From contig BTVY01000008.1 of assembly GCA_045863335.1 (NCBI GenBank), forward strand, positions 64,001-128,000: DNA of 64,000 bases, given 5' to 3'. Source of the stretch: Candidatus Hydrogenedentota bacterium (GTDB taxonomy: Bacteria; Hydrogenedentota; Hydrogenedentia; Hydrogenedentales; SLHB01). This document shows, in pieces, positions 36,937-46,340 of this stretch. The notes under the pieces are model-generated. The model made no database searches, was not told where the DNA came from, and saw nothing but the letters and a program-made list of their open reading frames with translations. Both the position numbers and the translations under genes were made by a program. Numbering within the stretch: position 1 is the stretch's first letter; each line of letters opens with the position of its first letter.

Positions 36937-39228
36937 TTGCGTCCACGCGTACGAAGAACGCTTGAGTACAGTCTGTGCGTTGCGGTTCTCGTGCTGCTGC
37001 CGTTTGCCGTGCTGCTGCCCGGCATCACCAACGGCGCAGTGCCGATTGCGAGCGATTCGATTTTTGCCTATCCGCCGTGGGAAGCCGCGCGGCCGGATGG
37101 CCTCGTGCCGCCGGAGCAACCCGAAGCAAATCTCATGGCCCAGCGGTATTACCCGTGGTACGTCTTTCTGAGCCATGCCGGGAATCCCGCCGAAGCCTTG
37201 TGGAATCCCTACGAGAATACGGGGATGCCTTTTCTCGCACTGTGGCAAACACGCTGCCTTTCTCCGTTTTCTTTGCCGTTCTATCCCGGCGCGCCAGGAA
37301 CCGCCCTGACTTGGTCCGTCTACTTGAAACTGCTCGTGGCGGGACTCTGCGGGTTCTACGCCGCGCGACGGCTCGGCTTTCACCGGCCCGTGGCGCTGTT
37401 CGTAGGAATCGGCACACAGCTCAGCCCAGCGTTGATCCTCTGGTGGGGCTATCCGTTGTCGGACGTGCTGCCGTGGCTTCCGCTGCTCGTCTTGTATTGC
37501 GAACGCATCGCCCTCGGCCATTACCGCATGTGGATGTCCGGCGGCGTCGTTGTGGCGCTCATGCTGCTCGGCGGCGATCCGCTCATGGTGCTCGTGCTGT
37601 TGGCGCTCGCGGCACTCTTCCTCGTGACGCGCTGCAAACTCGACCAGCGCGGTTTGAAACGATCGCTGGCGCCCGCGGCGATGCTGCTGCTGAGCACCGC
37701 CGCAGGCTTGCTGCTTAGCGCCGTGCAGATTCTCCCCTTCCTGGAATTCGTGCGGGAAGCGCGGACGCTCGGATTCGGTCCCACGGGAACAGCGTTGGGT
37801 CTTTGGGATTTGTCGCTGGTCGTGTTGCCCCACTTGCACGGTTCCTTCACCGAATCCTTACGCGGCAATGGAGGCGCGCTGCAGACGGCGGGACTGTTGC
37901 ATATCGGCATCGTCCAGATCGCCTTGTTGCCCGTCTGGATCGCCATGCGGCCCTTTGCCAACGCCCGTCAGCGCACGCGAATCGAATCGCTGCTGTTTCC
38001 GTCGCTCCTGCTCACGATACTTGCCTTGCTCTGGGGGCCGGTGCTGCAGCTTATCCCGTACGTAAACTGGATTGGCCCCCATCATCTGCTCGCGGCGAAT
38101 GCGTTCATCCTGACGCTCAGCGCGGCGGCCACTTCGGAGGAGTGGATTCATCTCAATGCCCACGACTGCCAGGATACGCTCAAGCGGCTGATGCTGATTG
38201 GTCCCGTCGCGCTGCTGGCGATGGCCGTCTGTGTCGTGCTCGGCGCGGTGCAACCGGAGGCCGAGGCAAATGTCGCGATGTTGGGAATCATCCCCGCTGG
38301 ACTGTTCGTCGCGTTGCTCGTCATTTACGGGATATCGATTCTGAAACCATCCGCGCGGTTGATTGGATACACGTTGAGCCTGCTCGCGCTCGTCAACGCA
38401 CTCTCCACGTTTGGCACGAGCATCCCCTTCACGAACCCCGGGAACGTCTATCCCGACACGCAGTTCATCGAATCCTTGCGCAAGTCGGGTAACCGGGTAA
38501 GCGGGACCGATGCCCTGTCGAAGTGGCCTCTGCAGGCCGATCTGATTCCTCAGGTGTACTCGGCAACGGGGATCACCTTGAAACGGCAGGCGGATTTCTA
38601 CGAACGCATCGAAGAGGACCCCTTACTCCTGCGGCGCATGGGAACACCCATGCTCTTGCTGACCGGGGACGACATGCAGGGCAAGTTCGCGTCGATTCGA
38701 CCCATCTTGCGCGTCGAGCATGTCTTTCCGACGGGTGCGGTCCTGTTCTTTGACAACGAGTCGCGTTCGCGCGTGCGGATGGTCACCAATGGCCGGCCGA
38801 TCGAAGCCTACGATCCCGTCAAGGTGAACTCCACCGATGGGCCCGTCGTGGAACAAGTCATACCGCCGAACGGCGCGGACGACGGCACGGCCACTGCGCA
38901 ACTTCGTGCGGCTGATTCTAACAACCGGGTCGTCGTGGATGTATCGGCAAGCAAGAAGAGTTTGCTGGTGCTTGCGGACACCTGGTATCCCGGTTGGCGC
39001 GCGACAATCGACGGCGCGGCAGCGAACGTGGTACCGGTGGATCTGATGTTCCGCGGCGTCGAGATTCCGGAAGGCGCCGAGGAGGTCGTGTTCACCTATG
39101 CGCCGGCTTCGGTGCGATACGGGTTATACACAAGCGGAATCACCGCCCTCTGCGTGTCCGCCGGACTCTTGACCTTGGTGCCGGGGGCGGTACGCCGGTT
39201 CCGGCACCGCCGGAAGTGGCAGTTCTGA
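36937..39228 (+). CDS. YfhO-like polytopic membrane protein (putative GT-C glycosyltransferase)
   Basis: LWNPYENTGMPF, many TMs, C-terminal LVLADTWYPGWRATIDG...FRGV...VVFTY; start uncertain. Confidence 0.8.
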   Translation: MRPRVRRTLEYSLCVAVLVLLPFAVLLPGITNGAVPIASDSIFAYPPWEAARPDGLVPPEQPEANLMAQRYYPWYVFLSHAGNPAEALWNPYENTGMPFLALWQTRCLSPFSLPFYPGAPGTALTWSVYLKLLVAGLCGFYAARRLGFHRPVALFVGIGTQLSPALILWWGYPLSDVLPWLPLLVLYCERIALGHYRMWMSGGVVVALMLLGGDPLMVLVLLALAALFLVTRCKLDQRGLKRSLAPAAMLLLSTAAGLLLSAVQILPFLEFVREARTLGFGPTGTALGLWDLSLVVLPHLHGSFTESLRGNGGALQTAGLLHIGIVQIALLPVWIAMRPFANARQRTRIESLLFPSLLLTILALLWGPVLQLIPYVNWIGPHHLLAANAFILTLSAAATSEEWIHLNAHDCQDTLKRLMLIGPVALLAMAVCVVLGAVQPEAEANVAMLGIIPAGLFVALLVIYGISILKPSARLIGYTLSLLALVNALSTFGTSIPFTNPGNVYPDTQFIESLRKSGNRVSGTDALSKWPLQADLIPQVYSATGITLKRQADFYERIEEDPLLLRRMGTPMLLLTGDDMQGKFASIRPILRVEHVFPTGAVLFFDNESRSRVRMVTNGRPIEAYDPVKVNSTDGPVVEQVIPPNGADDGTATAQLRAADSNNRVVVDVSASKKSLLVLADTWYPGWRATIDGAAANVVPVDLMFRGVEIPEGAEEVVFTYAPASVRYGLYTSGITALCVSAGLLTLVPGAVRRFRHRRKWQF

Positions 39229-39297
39229 ATTCGTACGAAGCCGCCGGATCTGCCGATCCATCGTGTTTCCCACTGGCCGTAGCGCCGGAGGGGTTGA

Positions 39298-39465
39298 GAA
39301 GAACATCCCCCTTGATCCCCCTTCAAAGGGGGAATTTTGTGTAACCAAGGCTGTCGGTGGGTACGGTGCGATCTGCGCCGAATCTGGGGTTTCTCCCCTG
39401 CGTGGTACAACGCGAAACGTTGTACGGCAATCCCCCTTTGAAGGGGGATCACGGGGGATGTTCTT
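39298..39465. repeat. ~165-bp inverted-repeat element, copy 4 (inverted orientation)
   Basis: Same arms; hairpin GTACAACG-CGAAA-CGTTGTAC at 39405-39425 near the right arm; GTAACCAAGG is the reverse complement of copy 1's CCTTGGTTAC. Confidence 0.9.
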
Positions 39466-39529
39466 TGAACTCTTCGCGGGCCCTTTCTTTTTGAGGCCTC
39501 CCTCAAGCCACCAGTTTTATTAGTGCCAA

Positions 39530-40672
39530 CTAACCTTTCCGGATCTTCTTCTCGATCTTCTTGTCTTCGGGCATGCCGAGGTTCCGGGCTTTCTCGTAGT
39601 AGGGCGCGGCCATGCCGCCGTCATCCTTCTCGACGGCATACCACCACGCAAGATTGAACCAGGCCGGTCCGAAATCGGGATTGGATTCGGTAATCTCCTT
39701 CGCCACGCGAATCGCTTGATCGACCTGGTTGTTGTGGGCCAGATTCACCGCGTAGGCGTTCTTGATGTTGAGATCGTCCGGGTCGAGTTGCGACGCCTTC
39801 TCCAGGTATCCCGCAGCCTCCTTGAAATCCTTCCGGTTCATCGAAAGTTCGCCGAGGGCGTAGAGTCCCGCCGCGTTCTCTTCCAACCCAAGCGCGCACA
39901 GCAGCGCGGACGTGGCATCCTGCGCGGCCTGCTCGAAACGCTCTTTCAAAACCGCGCCGCCATCGGCGGTCCACCGTTTCACTTCCTCGTCATCCACCGT
40001 CAGGTCGGGACTGGTTACGTTGTACCCGCCGCGTTTGGTCGGATTGCCGAGCTTCGCATTCGCTAGCACGGGCTCGTTCGTGACGATCAGCACGTCGTCC
40101 CACAGCGTCTTGCCGTCCGGCAACAGGACCAGCTTGCCGTCCAACTTGGTCGCCAGCGTGCCTTCGGCGCCGTAAATCCCGTAGGTCATGACGACGTCGA
40201 GCAACACGTCGTAGCCGTTCTTGCCGAGACCGTTGTAGCGCGCTTCGACAGCGTCCTGCCGCGAATGCATACCGGCAATGCTGCCCAGCGGCGCGACCCG
40301 TTCGATGTCCTTGTGCATGGCCGCTTCCAGGCGTTCCTCGATGATGCCGGCGAAAACTTCGGCGGGTTTATAACCTTCCAGCGCCGCGTGGATCGGCGCA
40401 CGGTATTTCGCGTTCACGACCGCGTCCGCGCCGGTGCCGAGGATAAGCCCTGCCGAACCCGCAATCCGCAAGGTCTTCCCCGCGGGCGATACGGAGACAA
40501 TCATGTCCTCCGGCGTGGCCTCCGCGGCCCACGCAGGATTCTGCGCGGTCTGGAGGGACGTCGGCCGGTTCGGATCGGTCGTCGTGCAACCGGCGATGAA
40601 GACTATGGACGATATGGACAGGATGGACGATATGGACCAGCGGGACACGAGACGCGGAAACAAGCGTGACAT
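39530..40672 (-). CDS. lipoprotein with C-terminal TPR repeats
   Basis: Lipobox IAGC; TPRs (LYALGEL...LDPDD, AWFNLA). Confidence 0.8.
   Translation of the reverse strand: MSRLFPRLVSRWSISSILSISSIVFIAGCTTTDPNRPTSLQTAQNPAWAAEATPEDMIVSVSPAGKTLRIAGSAGLILGTGADAVVNAKYRAPIHAALEGYKPAEVFAGIIEERLEAAMHKDIERVAPLGSIAGMHSRQDAVEARYNGLGKNGYDVLLDVVMTYGIYGAEGTLATKLDGKLVLLPDGKTLWDDVLIVTNEPVLANAKLGNPTKRGGYNVTSPDLTVDDEEVKRWTADGGAVLKERFEQAAQDATSALLCALGLEENAAGLYALGELSMNRKDFKEAAGYLEKASQLDPDDLNIKNAYAVNLAHNNQVDQAIRVAKEITESNPDFGPAWFNLAWWYAVEKDDGGMAAPYYEKARNLGMPEDKKIEKKIRKG
40602..40646 (+). repeat. 9-bp tandem repeat (NNNATGGAC x4-5) inside a signal-peptide coding region
   Basis: ATGGAC at 40605, 40614, 40623, 40632 and CGGGAC at 40641. 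Confidence 0.8.
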
Positions 40673-40818
40673 GATTCGTCTCCAAAGGGTGAATGCTGAG
40701 CTAAGAACAAGCGTGGACGCGGCGTGCAGTGCGCCGCTCAGTAGGATTCATGCTAACACGTTTGCGGTGCGCAGCGAAAGTGTAAGATTCGTCCCGGCAA
40801 ACACCGATGGTTGGCTCA

Positions 40819-40930
40819 CTGGGTCCGCCAGGCTCCAGCCTGGCTCTTCAAGGATTATTCAGAAACCTTCGGTTGCTAAACAGACGACGGTTCGCAGTGC
40901 GATCCAGGCCGAAGAGCCAGGCGGTCCCTG
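40819..40930. repeat. REP doublet with internally deleted right arm
   Basis: CTGGGTCCGCCAGGCTCCAGCCTGGCTCTTC (40819-40849) vs GAAGAGCCAGGCGGTCCCTG (40911-40930), which is the reverse complement missing 11 nt. Confidence 0.6.
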
Positions 40931-41001
40931 TAGCGCCTCCCCGGTTGCTGGATACGACGCAGTCCACCCGAGCGGTTTTACACTCAGGAGGAATTCCCGG
41001 C

Positions 41002-41325
41002 TCAATCATCGCTCGGCGGCTTGCGCATGGCCTTCTTCTGGCCCACCTTCTTCTTCTCATCCACCCGGCGCGCCCGCGACGCCCGCGATGGCTTCGTCGC
41101 CACCCGCCGCTTCGGCTTCCGCCGCCGCGCCGCCAACCGCCGTTCCAATTCCGCCAGCGCCTCCGCCTTGTTCCGGTGCTGCGACCGCGACGCCGTCGCC
41201 ACGACAACAGTCCCCGTCGGAACATGCCGCACCCGCACCGACGACTCGGTGACGTTCTTATGCTGACCGCCCGGGCCGCCGCTCTTGAAAAAGGTGATCT
41301 CTATCTCGTCTTCGGGGATTGGCAT
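41002..41325 (-). CDS. arfB: alternative ribosome-rescue peptidyl-tRNA hydrolase (ArfB/YaeJ-like)
   Basis: SGGPGGQHKN, RSQHRNK, basic tail PKRRVATKPS...RVDEKK...KKAMR. Confidence 0.85.
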   Translation of the reverse strand: MPIPEDEIEITFFKSGGPGGQHKNVTESSVRVRHVPTGTVVVATASRSQHRNKAEALAELERRLAARRRKPKRRVATKPSRASRARRVDEKKKVGQKKAMRKPPSDD

Positions 41326-41387
41326 GAGTCAACGGTACTCAAACCTTTGGTGGAAGAACAAGCGGCTTGGCGCGGGCAGTCTCACCC

Positions 41388-42683
41388 TTAGAGCTTCCGT
41401 ATCACCCCAGCCCAATAGACCTCGCCCCGAATCCGGTGGGGCGACGTCAACACCCAGGATCGCATACTCGGCCCTCCGGACAAGAGTGTGAAGTATCCCG
41501 CAGCTACGGCTGCCGCAAAGGCGAAAGCGAGGCTGAAATCCGAATAGGCAAGCAGCCGAAAGACTAAAGATGCAATGAGTACAGACAGAACCGGAACGAT
41601 CAGTGCGCGGTCGTAGGCAGGAATAATTAATCTCCCGGTTGCGATCCTTCCGAAGACTGAGATGGGTGGTTTAAGAATACCGCAGTAAATGATCAGGCGG
41701 TACAGAGCCCCAAAACCGACAATCATCAACGTCAATGCGTGTACTGCCGAGGGCGTGTCCGGGTCCGCTGATTCCGGAATGTGACTTGTCGTGGCCCAAA
41801 TCCACAAGAAGATCAAAACGCCATATCCAATCGGCGATGCGACGAGTCTCTCGCTCAATTGATCGTACGGTCCGAGCGCGCACAATGGCCAACCAACTCT
41901 CGCCGGCGAAGCTGTCAGCGCTTTGGCCGTGTAGATGCGCTCAATGCGCGTTGGTGCGGGGACTTGGTTGAGTCTCTCCAACCAGTTGATCGCGCCGAAG
42001 GCTATAGTCGTTTGGTTGCCTGCAAGAATCAATCGCAGCGCGACGCTTCCCTGGTCCGTCAACGTAGCCTCCTGGAGCTTGGAAGGCTCGATTGTTTTGG
42101 GTAGGAGCATCTGGATAGAGATGAAAATGAACAATTGAAGCAAAAGCGCCACGCCTATTTGAGGAAGTAGGAGTACAGAAATCGCCAATCCCATAGCGAG
42201 ACCCATAACCGCACGGTGCATACCGACGAACCAAAAACACAACGCCATCATTGCGTGGTAGCCAGTAAGGAATAGATAAATACCCGAAGGCAGATCCACC
42301 CAAGGTGTCGCCAACGTCGGAATCGCAAACACTGTAAGGTATACCGCGTCCCGCCAGTCAAGATGTACCGGACCCATGGGGAGGCGACGACTTGGCTCGA
42401 ATGGCGTTGCGCAAAGCCACCTCCGGTAGCCCGGGTCGAAAACAGGATGAAACGAGAGAACTCGGTGGGTGCCGTACAGGAATAGCCCGAGTATGGATAC
42501 AAAGGTGGTAATGACTTGGAGATATTCGCGCACAATAGCGAGCACTTCTGGCAGATCAAAGGCTCTAAGCCCGAATGCATACCAGGAGGGCAACACCACG
42601 AGAAGTATGGTCATTGGCGGCGAAATGACTATCAACCAGTAGAGCTTCGATCGCGGCCACAGTTCGAAAAACTTCCGCATCAT
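41388..42683 (-). CDS. polytopic membrane protein, probable partner of the ABC ATPase
   Basis: Start MMRKFFEL overlaps the ATPase stop (ATGA); ~10 hydrophobic segments; 'FHPVFDPGYRRWL...LPMGPVHL'. Confidence 0.75.
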   Translation of the reverse strand: MMRKFFELWPRSKLYWLIVISPPMTILLVVLPSWYAFGLRAFDLPEVLAIVREYLQVITTFVSILGLFLYGTHRVLSFHPVFDPGYRRWLCATPFEPSRRLPMGPVHLDWRDAVYLTVFAIPTLATPWVDLPSGIYLFLTGYHAMMALCFWFVGMHRAVMGLAMGLAISVLLLPQIGVALLLQLFIFISIQMLLPKTIEPSKLQEATLTDQGSVALRLILAGNQTTIAFGAINWLERLNQVPAPTRIERIYTAKALTASPARVGWPLCALGPYDQLSERLVASPIGYGVLIFLWIWATTSHIPESADPDTPSAVHALTLMIVGFGALYRLIIYCGILKPPISVFGRIATGRLIIPAYDRALIVPVLSVLIASLVFRLLAYSDFSLAFAFAAAVAAGYFTLLSGGPSMRSWVLTSPHRIRGEVYWAGVIRKL

Positions 42684-43459
42684 TTCTGCTGGCCTTCCAA
42701 GTAGCGGTCGATATTTGCCAGCGTATCCGCGTGCATGAAATGGGCGAGAATGTCCTGAAGATCGCCCGTGGCGGAGGTCATCGTGCGGAGCCCGTCGATG
42801 GTGTCGCAGGCGATAAGTTCGCCGTCGCGGAGGATCGCGATGCGGTGGGCGACTTCCTGCACGATCTCTGGCACGGGCGTCGTCATGAGGACCGTCATAT
42901 CCCTGCGCTCGGCGAGGCGGATCATGACCTTCTTCAGCGCGAGCAAGGCCGCTGGGTCCAGTCCGCCGGAGAAGGGTTCGTCCAATAGAAGCACCGGCGC
43001 ATCGCTCACGAGGGCCGAACAGATGGAGATCTTCTTCTGTTGCCCCGTCGAATAGGAACTGATCGGCGAATCGCCGTGGGCGTCGAGATCGAACAAGGCG
43101 AGCAAGCGGTCGATATGGTCGAAGAGCCTGTCGTAATCGACGCTGTAGAGCCGACCTACGGCCAGCAGAAATTCCCGGCCCGTCTTCTGCACCGGCAACC
43201 ACGGGTGGTCAGGCAGGTAGAACACCTTGCGCCGAATGGCGAGTTCCGCTTCCTCAGAACTTCGCCGGCGCATGCCGTCGATTTCCACATACCCCTTCTG
43301 CGGTGCCAGCGCCCCGGCGATGGACGCAAGCAGCGTGCTCTTCCCCATTCCGTTGGGGCCCATGAGCGCGACCAACTCGCCCGAACTGATTTCGAGATTG
43401 ATGTTCCGCAGCACCGGGCGCACCCCGTAATGCTGGGTGAGGTCGACGACTTTGATCAT
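42680..43459 (-). CDS. ABC ATP-binding protein with atypical H-loop
   Basis: GPNGMGKS, YSTGQQKK, LLLDEPFSGGLD; TTP in place of the usual TTH/SSH. Confidence 0.9.
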   Translation of the reverse strand: MIKVVDLTQHYGVRPVLRNINLEISSGELVALMGPNGMGKSTLLASIAGALAPQKGYVEIDGMRRRSSEEAELAIRRKVFYLPDHPWLPVQKTGREFLLAVGRLYSVDYDRLFDHIDRLLALFDLDAHGDSPISSYSTGQQKKISICSALVSDAPVLLLDEPFSGGLDPAALLALKKVMIRLAERRDMTVLMTTPVPEIVQEVAHRIAILRDGELIACDTIDGLRTMTSATGDLQDILAHFMHADTLANIDRYLEGQQK

Positions 43460-43514
43460 GTACCACTACCCCCTGTAACGGCTCGGTACAGGCTACGGCA
43501 GTCGGCAGCAAAGA

Positions 43515-43553
43515 ATCAATTGGACGGATCGGACCGATCGGTCGGATCAATTG
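43515..43553. repeat. 9-bp tandem repeat bracketed by ATCAATTG direct repeats
   Basis: GGACGGATC-GGACCGATC-GGTCGGATC at 43522-43548; ATCAATTG at 43515 and 43546. Confidence 0.55.
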
Positions 43554-43565
43554 TACGCGGCGCCG

Positions 43566-44996
43566 TTACCGGTGTTGCCGGCCATCCGGAGCGCTGGGCT
43601 CTGTCTGGGGTGGCGGGTCTTTGTGGTGGAGGAGCAATAGCGACATCATCTTCGCTGCGATCTCGGGATGTGCCTCCGCGACGTTGTGCAGTTCGCCGAC
43701 ATCGGTTTCAAGGTCGTAAAGTTCGAAGTCGGCGTCGGCTCCCGGATAGATCCCTTTCCATTTTCCCATACGGCCGGCGCTCTGGATCTTTTCGCCCCAG
43801 AGTTCCCAGTACATAAACTCGTGCTCGTCCTGTTCCCGGCCCGCGGCGTCGGGGCCGATGAGTGCAGGCATGATAGACAAGCCGTCGATACCGCCGGGCA
43901 CAGCCTCCCCCGCTCCGGCCAGCTCGGCGAAGGTGGGCATAACATCGCAGAAGTACCAGGGATGCGCGCTGTCCGTCCCTGCCGCGATGTGCTTGGGCCA
44001 ACGCGCGATGGCGGGGATGCGGATGCCGCCTTCGTACAGCGTGCCCTTGTACTCGCGGAGCGGCCCGTTGGCCTCGAAGAACTCCGGTTCCGCGACGGAA
44101 TAGCGGTCCGCTCCGTTGTCGGACGTGAAGATGACGAGCGTATTGTCGTCGATGCCGAGTTCCTGCAAGAGGTCCATGACTTTGCCGACGCCGTCGTCCA
44201 TGCGCGTGATCATGGCGGCCATGTTGGCCTTCGGCTTGTCCGGGAAGGCATAGCCCTGCCGCCATTTGAACTGCGGCGGTTCTTCCTCGAAGGCGTCCGC
44301 ATACTCGTCCAGCGAATCCTCTGGCACCGTCCACTCATGGTGCGGGATGGTCAGCGACAGATAACAAAAGAAAGGATTCTCCCGGTTCGCGCGAATGAAC
44401 TCCAGCGACTTCTCGAGGATCACATCGTGCGTGTACTGCTCTTTCTTGCCCTGCGTGTTGCCGGGGAGCGGGTACCGCTCCTCGTTGTGCCAGAGGTAGT
44501 CCGTGTAATAGAAGTGAGCGTGCTTCTGGTGCAGGTAGCCGAAGAACTCGTCAAACCCCTGGCGGTTCGGTACGCCTTCCGTGTCCGCGTCGCCCAGTCC
44601 CCACTTGCCGAAGAGGCCGGTCCGGTAGCCCGCCGTTTTCAACACCTCCGCCGTGGTAACGTAGCCGTCGGGCATGGCGATCCCGCCGGCATTCCCGCGC
44701 ACCGGCGTGTGGCCGGAATGATAGCCCGTCATCAACACGCTGCGGGACGGCCCACACAGTGGCGCGCCCGCGTAGGCCTGCGTGAAGCGCAAGCCTTCCT
44801 TCGCCAGACGGTCGATGTTCGGCGTGCGGATGTGTTCCTGCCCGTAGCAACCAAGGTGGCCGTAGCCAAGGTCGTCGGCCATGATGAAGATAATGTTCGG
44901 ACGCTGTGCGGCATCTTGCGCGAACGCCTGCGCGCCCCAACCGCCCGCCGCCAACGCCGCGGCCCCCGCGGTCTTCAAGAAATCGCGCCGGTTCAT
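43566..44996 (-). CDS. Tat-exported arylsulfatase
   Basis: MNRRDFLK twin-arginine signal; PNIIFIMADDLG, CGPSR (CxPxR), GKWGLG, SDNG, YEGGIR. Confidence 0.93.
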   Translation of the reverse strand: MNRRDFLKTAGAAALAAGGWGAQAFAQDAAQRPNIIFIMADDLGYGHLGCYGQEHIRTPNIDRLAKEGLRFTQAYAGAPLCGPSRSVLMTGYHSGHTPVRGNAGGIAMPDGYVTTAEVLKTAGYRTGLFGKWGLGDADTEGVPNRQGFDEFFGYLHQKHAHFYYTDYLWHNEERYPLPGNTQGKKEQYTHDVILEKSLEFIRANRENPFFCYLSLTIPHHEWTVPEDSLDEYADAFEEEPPQFKWRQGYAFPDKPKANMAAMITRMDDGVGKVMDLLQELGIDDNTLVIFTSDNGADRYSVAEPEFFEANGPLREYKGTLYEGGIRIPAIARWPKHIAAGTDSAHPWYFCDVMPTFAELAGAGEAVPGGIDGLSIMPALIGPDAAGREQDEHEFMYWELWGEKIQSAGRMGKWKGIYPGADADFELYDLETDVGELHNVAEAHPEIAAKMMSLLLLHHKDPPPQTEPSAPDGRQHR

Positions 44997-45124
44997 GGCC
45001 CCTCCTCGACAAGTTGCGTAAGGGAATCTCTTGTACCTGCGACGAGCCGCGCGAGTCAATTTCGCACCTGCGGCGAAGTACAGCCCCCTTAGATCTACGG
45101 TGTCAATAGCGGTAGTTGATCCAA

Positions 45125-45200
45125 ATCGCTATCGGTATCGCTATCGGTATCGAAGCGAGAAGCCCGAAGTGCTTTCGATCCCGATCCCGATAGCGATACC
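45125..45200. repeat. inverted doublet of hexamer tandem repeats (ATCGST / CGATMS)
   Basis: ATCGCTATCGGTATCGCTATCGGTATCGAA ... TTCGATCCCGATCCCGATAGCGATACC. Confidence 0.75.
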
Positions 45201-45289
45201 AAGAAAGGCGTGGAGCCGTCGCAGGTGAACCCTCGTCTCGTCAGCCCGTAGGCGCGGTTCGGCGCTCTGAAAGAGGAACACAGGTGCCC

Positions 45290-46174
45290 TCACCTGTCAT
45301 CTTCATCTGCCGATTCCTCGTCTCTCGGCAATATCGGCTCCAGAAACTTCGCCAGCCCTTCGCTGTAGAGCAACCCCGACTCATACCAGCCGGCATTGTG
45401 GTCGCCATGGATTTCGAGGAAGGCTTTAGGTTCGGGGGCGAGTTCGTAGAGGCGTTGCCCGTGGTGGTAGGGATTGATGTCATCGTCCGGACTATGAACG
45501 ACGAGTATCGGCGACTTGACGTTGCCGATCTTCTTATCGCTGTCGAAGCGGTGGCGGATAAACCAGCCCACCGGAATGAACGGCAGCAGCTCTTTCCCGA
45601 TTGCCGTTGTGCTGATGAAAGGGCTTTCGATGATGATGGCGGCAGATTCCGCCGTTTGCGCCAGTTCCAAGGTCGGTCCCGCGCCGAGGGATCTCCCGAA
45701 GAGCACGATACGGCCCGCGGGCTCACCCCGCGTCTGCGTCAGGTACTCCCACGCCGCGCGGACATCCGCATAGCAGCGTTTCTCGGAGGGCTTGCCGGTG
45801 CTGTTGCCATATCCACCGTAGTCGTAGATGAACACATCCAACCCGAGGTCGCGGAAGATCTCAATGGATTCCAGACGGTCGGCGATGGTGCCCGCATTGC
45901 CATGGGAGAACAGCACCGTGCCGCGGGATTTCTCCGCGGGGATGTACCAGGCATGCGTAGTTTCCCCATCGACCTGGAGCGTGACGTCTTCGTAGGTCCA
46001 CCCGAATGGCGGATCCGCGGGCGTTCGCCAGATGCTGCCGCCGCGCGGAAAGATCATCGCCGTCTGGAGTCCGTAGAACACGGCTACCAACCCCACATAG
46101 CCAAGGGCAAAGAGCAGTACGAGCCGCATAAGGGACCTTCCAACGCGGTGCGATTTGGTTTTAACGTCGTCCAT
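45290..46174 (-). CDS. alpha/beta hydrolase with N-terminal TM
   Basis: HGNAG, DYGGYG, GRSLG nucleophile motif, HSPDD, GDHN. Confidence 0.9.
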   Translation of the reverse strand: MDDVKTKSHRVGRSLMRLVLLFALGYVGLVAVFYGLQTAMIFPRGGSIWRTPADPPFGWTYEDVTLQVDGETTHAWYIPAEKSRGTVLFSHGNAGTIADRLESIEIFRDLGLDVFIYDYGGYGNSTGKPSEKRCYADVRAAWEYLTQTRGEPAGRIVLFGRSLGAGPTLELAQTAESAAIIIESPFISTTAIGKELLPFIPVGWFIRHRFDSDKKIGNVKSPILVVHSPDDDINPYHHGQRLYELAPEPKAFLEIHGDHNAGWYESGLLYSEGLAKFLEPILPRDEESADEDDR

Positions 46175-46340
46175 GCTCTTGATGTTGACCCGCGACTCGA
46201 GAGTTTTGTAAACACGCCCCGATCATGTATGATAGGGCAGTGACGGCGCAAGCCGGTCCATGGAATGGGGGGGCAAGCGAACCACCAGGTTCGTTGCCGG
46301 GCATCGCGGATGGCCCCGATCATCCGCCGGAGAAGGTCTC

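Noticed and set aside
15940-39465. C5TT/AAG5 repeats as a CRISPR array
   Set aside because: Arms are inverted pairs dispersed over 23 kb, not direct repeats with 30-40-bp spacers; no cas genes seen.
42684-43202. Arg-rich N-terminal 170 aa of the 604-aa ORF as a fusion or frameshift product
   Set aside because: Alternate frame of the ATPase; the ATGA overlap at 42680-42683 gives a normal coupled start.
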